A stretch of DNA of 64,000 nt, taken from assembly GCA_963666365.2 (NCBI GenBank), contig CAXXNF010000001.1, forward strand, positions 1,376,001-1,440,000. The letters run 5' to 3'. This DNA comes from Syntrophales bacterium. GTDB lineage: Bacteria > Desulfobacterota > Syntrophia > Syntrophales > UBA2210. Both the position numbers and the translations under genes were made by a program. Below, in pieces: positions 58,740 through 64,000 of the stretch (position 1 is its first letter; the number at the start of each line of letters is the position of its first letter). The notes under the pieces were generated by a model. That model was not told the origin of the DNA. It worked only from the letters and a program-made list of their open reading frames with translations, and searched no databases.

Positions 58740-59516
58740 ATGGACTATTTTCGCGTTGAAAATTTGAGCATCAGCTTCGGCGGTTTGAAGGCGGTAAACA
58801 ACATAAGCTTCAATGTCGAGGAGAACAAAATATTTTCGATCATTGGTCCCAACGGATCGGGGAAAACCACCATATTCAACCTGATCAGCGGCATTTACAA
58901 ACCCAATGACGGCAAGGTTATCCTTCAAGGGCGGAATCTGGTGGGCAAAACCCCCGACCGCATTGCCAAACGGGGTATCGCCAGGACGTTTCAGAATATC
59001 GAACTGTTCGGAAATGCCACAGTCATGGATAATCTGATGCTGGGACGGCACATTCATATGAAAACCGGTGTCTTCGGCGGCGCCTTCATGTGGGGCAGGC
59101 GCTCCCGGGCGGCGCGCGAGGAGATTGCCAATCGGGAGATTGTCGAGGGGATCATCGATTTCCTCGACCTTCAATCCGTCAGAGACAGTTTTGTCAGCAA
59201 TCTCCCCTACGGAAAGCGCAAACTGGTCGAGCTCGGCCGGGCGCTCGCTCTGGAGCCCAAGATACTGCTTCTCGATGAACCGTCGGCGGGCATGAACACA
59301 GAGGAGAAGGAAGATCTGAATATCTGGATAAAGGACATTCAGGAAGATTATCAGGTGACTATCCTGTTGATCGAGCACGACATGAACATGATCATGGGAA
59401 TTTCCGATCATGTCTTTGCCATGAACCAGGGCGAAAAGATTACGGAAGGTCCCCCTCTGGAGGTGCAGCGTCATCCGGAAGTAATCAAGGCCTATCTCGG
59501 GGAGGAGGGGATCTGA
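58740..59516 (+). CDS. ABC ATPase (LivG-like)
   Basis: GPNGSGKTT, ARTFQN, LLDEP, IEHDM, AYLG. Confidence 0.95.
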   Translation: MDYFRVENLSISFGGLKAVNNISFNVEENKIFSIIGPNGSGKTTIFNLISGIYKPNDGKVILQGRNLVGKTPDRIAKRGIARTFQNIELFGNATVMDNLMLGRHIHMKTGVFGGAFMWGRRSRAAREEIANREIVEGIIDFLDLQSVRDSFVSNLPYGKRKLVELGRALALEPKILLLDEPSAGMNTEEKEDLNIWIKDIQEDYQVTILLIEHDMNMIMGISDHVFAMNQGEKITEGPPLEVQRHPEVIKAYLGEEGI

Positions 59517-60298
59517 TGCTCAAGGTACACAATATTGAAACCTGGTATGACCTGATTCGCGCCCTCCACGGGATTTCCTTCGAGATCAGGGAGGGGGATG
59601 TGGTGGCCCTGCTCGGGTCCAACGGCGCCGGGAAAACGACCATTCTGAAGACAATTATGCGTCTTCTCTACGATCTCAAGGAGGAGCAGCCGGAAAAGGG
59701 CGCCATAGAATTTCTGGGGCAGCGCATCGACCGGAAAGATACGGACCAGATCGTACGGATGGGCATCAGCTATGTGCCTGAGGGGAGAGAAGTCTTTCCC
59801 GAAATGACGGTGCTCGAGAACATACTGATGGGCGCCTATACAAGAAAGGACCGCAAGGCGATAACGGAAGATGTTGAAAAGGTGTATGCCCATTTTCCCA
59901 TCCTCAAGGACAGAAGAAATCAGCAGGCGGGGTATCTCAGCGGGGGAGAGCAGCAGATGCTCGCAATCGGAAGGGCGCTGATGAGCAGACCGAAGCTCCT
60001 TATGCTCGACGAGCCCTCATTGGGGCTCTCTCCGCTCCTGACAAAAGAGATATTCAATATAATTCAGGATATTAACAGGAAAGACGGCGTAACGATTCTG
60101 CTGGTCGAACAGAACGTCAATATGGCGCTGAAATACTCAAATTTTGCCTATCTGTTGGAAAACGGCAGGATCGTGCGCGCCGATAAGCCCGAAGTGTTGC
60201 GTGAGGACGAGGACGTCAAGGAATTTTATCTCGGCATATCGACCGAGCAGTCGGTGAAAGGGTACAAGCGCTACAGGCGAAAGGTGCGATTCCGATAG
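59516..60298 (+). CDS. ABC ATPase (LivF-like)
   Basis: GSNGAGKTT, VPEGR, LSGGEQQM, LDEPSLGL, VEQN. Confidence 0.95.
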   Translation: MLKVHNIETWYDLIRALHGISFEIREGDVVALLGSNGAGKTTILKTIMRLLYDLKEEQPEKGAIEFLGQRIDRKDTDQIVRMGISYVPEGREVFPEMTVLENILMGAYTRKDRKAITEDVEKVYAHFPILKDRRNQQAGYLSGGEQQMLAIGRALMSRPKLLMLDEPSLGLSPLLTKEIFNIIQDINRKDGVTILLVEQNVNMALKYSNFAYLLENGRIVRADKPEVLREDEDVKEFYLGISTEQSVKGYKRYRRKVRFR

Positions 60299-60347
60299 CT
60301 GACAAAAGGTGCATGCATAAGTGAACTGACCTCAAGGGGGGAATTAC

Positions 60348-62150
60348 ATGGCAGTTGATACGTTGCCTAAGGCCTTGGTGGCTATGGCGCACAGGCAGCC
60401 CACAAGGGTTGCGATGCGGAGAAAGGATTTCGGTATCTGGCACGACATTACCTGGGAGGAGTATCTCGCCAAGGTCAAATATGTGGCGCTGGGGCTCAAT
60501 GCCCTGGGGGTAACGTACGGCGATCATGTGGCGATCATCGGCGAGAACCGCCCCGAGTGGCTCTACTCGGCGCTCGGCATTGTCTGTGCCGGCGGGTCCT
60601 GGGTAGGGGTCTATACCACGAATCCGGCCGCCGAATGTGAATATGTGGTGGGGCACTCGGATTCGGTCGTCTATATCTGCGAGGACGAGGAACAGCTGGA
60701 TAAAGCCCTCGTGTTCAGGGATAAGACGCCCCTGTTGAAAAAACTGATCGTCTGGGAAATGGAAGGACTCAAACATTTCGAAGATCCCATGTTTATGAGC
60801 TTCGACCAGTTGCTCGAGCTGGGAAGGCGGGAGGATGAAGCACATCCCGGACGCTTCGATGAACTCATCTCGCAGGCCAAACCGGAAGACGTGGCGGGGA
60901 TCATTTATACATCGGGGACCACCGGTCCGCCCAAGGGCGCCCTCTTGACCCACGAAGGCTATCTCTGGGTGGGCAAGGCCTCACAGCAGGTGATAAAGAT
61001 GACCGAGAAGGACGAAACCATCTCCTTCCTTCCCCTCAATCATGTCTATGAACAGATCTTCGATATCATGAACCACCTCACTGTGGGGCAGACGGTGAAT
61101 TTTACTGAAAACACCGACACCGTGATGGCGGACATGCGCGATATCTCGCCAACGTTCTTTCATGCCGTGCCGCGGATCTGGGAAAAATATTATTCCGGCA
61201 TTGTGCTGAAGATGGCCGATGCCACCTGGTTCAAGCGCACATGCTACAACTTGGCGGTAAAGATCGGCGGCAGATACAACAGCATGAAGCTTGCCAAGGA
61301 GAGGATTCCTTTCTGGCTTGCCCTTGGCTACAATCTGGCCTATTTTTGCGTCTTCTGGAAACTGAAAGAGCGTCTCGGCTTCGATCAAGTGCGCCTCGGG
61401 TTCTCAGGGGCTGCGCCCATATCAGGTGAAATATTGAAATTCTTTCAGAGTATCGGCATCCCGATCCGCGAGGGCTACGGCATGACGGAAACGTCGGGTG
61501 TCACCCATATGTCCGATGAATTCAATTTCAAACTGGGGACCGTGGGGAGGGCCCTGCCCGATACGGAGGTGCGTATTGCCGATGATGGAGAAATCCTGGT
61601 CAAGCACAAGGGAATTTTCAAAGGGTACTACAAGGACGAAGAAAATACTCGTGAGGCCCTTATCGACGGCTGGATGCACACAGGGGATGTGGGGGAAATC
61701 GACGAAGAAGGCTATCTGAAGATCACGGATAGAAAGAAAGACCTGATCATCACGGCGGGCGGTAAAAATATCGCCCCCCAGTATATTGAAAATCTATTGA
61801 AATTTTCGCCCTATATCAATGACTCGGTGGTGATCGGCGACGGGAGGAAATACCTGTCGGCCATCATCGTTATCGATGAGGAAAATGTGGTGAAATACGC
61901 CCAGGACCATAAGGTTCAGTTTACCACCTTTGCCACTCTGACCAGAACGGAAGAGGTGAATGCCCTGATTCAAGAGGAAATCGACAAAGTGAATCGGCAG
62001 GTCGCACGGGTAGAGAATATACGAAAATTCAAAATCCTCGACAAGAAACTCTACACGGAAGACGGCGAGGTCACGCCGACCATGAAGGTTAAAAGAAAAT
62101 CCATCAACGAACAGTTTGCCGATCTTATCGAATCCATGTACCGGGACTAA
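60348..62150 (+). CDS. Long-chain acyl-CoA synthetase
   Basis: YTSGTTGPPKG, EGYGMTE, TGDVG, ITDRKKDLI, TPTMKVKR. Confidence 0.93.
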   Translation: MAVDTLPKALVAMAHRQPTRVAMRRKDFGIWHDITWEEYLAKVKYVALGLNALGVTYGDHVAIIGENRPEWLYSALGIVCAGGSWVGVYTTNPAAECEYVVGHSDSVVYICEDEEQLDKALVFRDKTPLLKKLIVWEMEGLKHFEDPMFMSFDQLLELGRREDEAHPGRFDELISQAKPEDVAGIIYTSGTTGPPKGALLTHEGYLWVGKASQQVIKMTEKDETISFLPLNHVYEQIFDIMNHLTVGQTVNFTENTDTVMADMRDISPTFFHAVPRIWEKYYSGIVLKMADATWFKRTCYNLAVKIGGRYNSMKLAKERIPFWLALGYNLAYFCVFWKLKERLGFDQVRLGFSGAAPISGEILKFFQSIGIPIREGYGMTETSGVTHMSDEFNFKLGTVGRALPDTEVRIADDGEILVKHKGIFKGYYKDEENTREALIDGWMHTGDVGEIDEEGYLKITDRKKDLIITAGGKNIAPQYIENLLKFSPYINDSVVIGDGRKYLSAIIVIDEENVVKYAQDHKVQFTTFATLTRTEEVNALIQEEIDKVNRQVARVENIRKFKILDKKLYTEDGEVTPTMKVKRKSINEQFADLIESMYRD

Positions 62151-62204
62151 CCCTTTGCAAATAGGGGAAATTGTCTCCCAGGAACGAATGAACGGATGCC
62201 ACAG

Positions 62205-62237
62205 GGGGCAGGATATCTCACTATCCTGCCCCTTTTT
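62205..62237 (+). terminator. Intrinsic terminator
   Basis: GGGGCAGGATA-tctcac-TATCCTGCCCC followed by TTTTT. Confidence 0.85.
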
Positions 62238-62276
62238 GTAACAATCGGGCTTGGTTGGAAAAACGAGTGCCGCAGG

Positions 62277-63815
62277 TTATGTCCCCGAATACTTATTCAC
62301 AAGCTCGAATTTAATCGCCTTCCCCGTGGGGGTGCGAGGGATGTCGTCGAAGAAGATCACCTTCGGGGCCTTGTAGCCGGCCATGCGTTCCTTGCAGAAG
62401 GCGATAAATTCTTCCTCCGAAGCGGTTGCTCCCGAATCGAGTCTGACCACGGCCGCGACCTTTTCGCCCCATGTGTCATCGGGCAGTCCGATTACGGCGC
62501 AATCGGCCACCTTCGGATGCGCCATCAATATATTTTCCACATCGATGGCGAAGACATTGTAGCCGCCGGTGAGGATCATATCCTTGACCCGGCCCACTAC
62601 ATAGAGATGGCCGTCGTCGTCTATCTTCGCGAGATCTCCCGAATGGAACCACCCATTACGGAGAGAGTCGGCGGTCTTTTCCGGATTCCGCCAGTATTCG
62701 CCCGCGCCGTCGGGGTATTTGAAAATCAGTTCCCCTACCTCGCCCCGCGGTTTTTCCGCTCCCTTTTCATCGACAATTTTTAATTCGTGGAAACAGGTAG
62801 GCGGTCCTACGGCGGTTGGCTTCTTTCGCTTCATGTCCGGTTTACTCACGGCGAGAAACCCCGTTTCCTGAAGTCCTATGTGATCATAGACGTTCGGCGT
62901 GATCTTTTCCCAGATTTTTTCGAGTGTCGGTTGCGGAAGCACCGATCCGACACTTGCCACGGCGCGAAGCGAGCTGAGATCATAACGGTCGAAATCGGGA
63001 ACCGCCATCATAAAGGCAAACATGGCGGGAACGCCGTACATGACAGTCGCCCGATAATCCTGGATGGCCTTCAGTGTTGCGGCGGGATCGAAATCGATGT
63101 TGATGACCGTTCCTTTGGCGAGCATTATGCCGGCATCCCAGCTCAGGCCGGTAAGAGGAGGCACGGCGTTGAGCGAGATATCGTGGCTGGTCATGTCGAA
63201 GCTGATCGTGTAGCAGATATGGTTTAAAAAATTTGCATAATGCGTTCTCAGATAGGATTTGGGCACGCCGGTAGTCCCGGAAGTGAAGCCCAATGTGGCC
63301 AGCGTGTCGTCCCGTATCTCCACATCCGGTTCCGTTGCATCATATGCGAGCAACTCATCGTAGCGATTCTGTGAGCCTCCTCCCGATCCTATGCAGTATT
63401 TGTCGATTTCAAGCGCTATCTGGTCGACTGTCGACTGAAAGGCTTCATCAAATATGAGCGCTTTCGCGTTTGCATAGCGCAGGACGTTTTCTATCTCGCC
63501 GGGAGAAAGACGGTACGACAACGGGATGGAGGTCATTCCCGCCCGGACGATTCCAAAATAGCTCTCGAGCGATTCGATAATGCTCAACCGCGTAAGCACA
63601 CCGACGAAATCCCCCGGTGCGCCCCGTGCGAGAAGTCCCTGTGCCACCCTGTTCGCCCGGGCATCCACCGTTCGATACGTCCGCGCTTCCCCGGTGTTTG
63701 CGTTGATGATTTCCTTGTCCGGGTATGAAATGGCGGCGTTCTTGAGAATAAGCCCCACATTGAGAAATCCCGGCGGTCTTGGTACGTTCCAGCAATATCT
63801 GTTCCCCTCCTTCAT
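62277..63815 (-). CDS. AMP-forming acyl-CoA ligase
   Basis: FTSGTTGVPKS, WFHSGD, GRVKDMI, PRTPTGK. Confidence 0.9.
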   Translation of the reverse strand: MKEGNRYCWNVPRPPGFLNVGLILKNAAISYPDKEIINANTGEARTYRTVDARANRVAQGLLARGAPGDFVGVLTRLSIIESLESYFGIVRAGMTSIPLSYRLSPGEIENVLRYANAKALIFDEAFQSTVDQIALEIDKYCIGSGGGSQNRYDELLAYDATEPDVEIRDDTLATLGFTSGTTGVPKSYLRTHYANFLNHICYTISFDMTSHDISLNAVPPLTGLSWDAGIMLAKGTVINIDFDPAATLKAIQDYRATVMYGVPAMFAFMMAVPDFDRYDLSSLRAVASVGSVLPQPTLEKIWEKITPNVYDHIGLQETGFLAVSKPDMKRKKPTAVGPPTCFHELKIVDEKGAEKPRGEVGELIFKYPDGAGEYWRNPEKTADSLRNGWFHSGDLAKIDDDGHLYVVGRVKDMILTGGYNVFAIDVENILMAHPKVADCAVIGLPDDTWGEKVAAVVRLDSGATASEEEFIAFCKERMAGYKAPKVIFFDDIPRTPTGKAIKFELVNKYSGT

Positions 63816-64000
63816 AGCTCATTTCCCCCTTTTACGTTGATGTTCCGAGACATTGTCACGAGCTTGAAACGTCTGTCTCGAATGCGTTTCGATAAGTGTG
63901 TATCATAATTTTATGTGAATCCATAGTTTGAAAAGGTGAAAAAATCGGTACACGCCTTCATGGGCGAGATTGAATTTGCTTCCACGGGTGTCTTCACAGA

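Noticed and set aside
58131..59474. 447-aa minus-strand ORF and similar long antisense ORFs (28160-29278, 30871-32025, 14446-15417, 12206-13075)
   Set aside because: Overlap well-supported genes on the other strand and have no recognisable motifs

Overview
Mostly core chromosome of an anaerobic deltaproteobacterium (Desulfobacterota). Syntrophales-like placement is inferred from gene content and order. Left half: SDR, transglutaminase-like protein, dnaJ-cbpM-like pair, PAS-PAS-GGDEF cyclase, M29 aminopeptidase, def, a HemN-family radical SAM enzyme with a MenK-like motif, selA-rluD-pgeF, rho-rpmE-prfA-murA-hisD, tRNA-Gly(CCC), rimP-nusA-infB-DUF503-rbfA-nrnA-truB-rpsO-pnp-dut, and a DUF39 homocysteine-biosynthesis gene. 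Centre (29.4-44.5 kb) is the most unusual part: a type IV pilus locus with pilMNOPQ. Its lipoprotein secretin appears to lack the N3-type domain. It is followed by a 1961-aa Ig-repeat lipoprotein with 594-bp tandem repeats and two paralogous exported proteins. A convergent fimT-pilV-pilW-pilX cluster has no pilY1, and its PilW carries a ~90-residue Thr stalk plus a Cys-rich tip domain. Right: queF, TPR, Xaa-Pro peptidase, gcvH, lipoyl ligase, rpsU, LOG, holA, NYN RNase, an SDR, a LIV-type ABC importer and two acyl-CoA ligases. Intergenic DNA holds several short palindromic or tandem repeat families, one of which now encodes a protein C-terminus. No integrase, transposase, reverse transcriptase, CRISPR array or rRNA was seen. 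All calls come from reading motifs; no searches were run.
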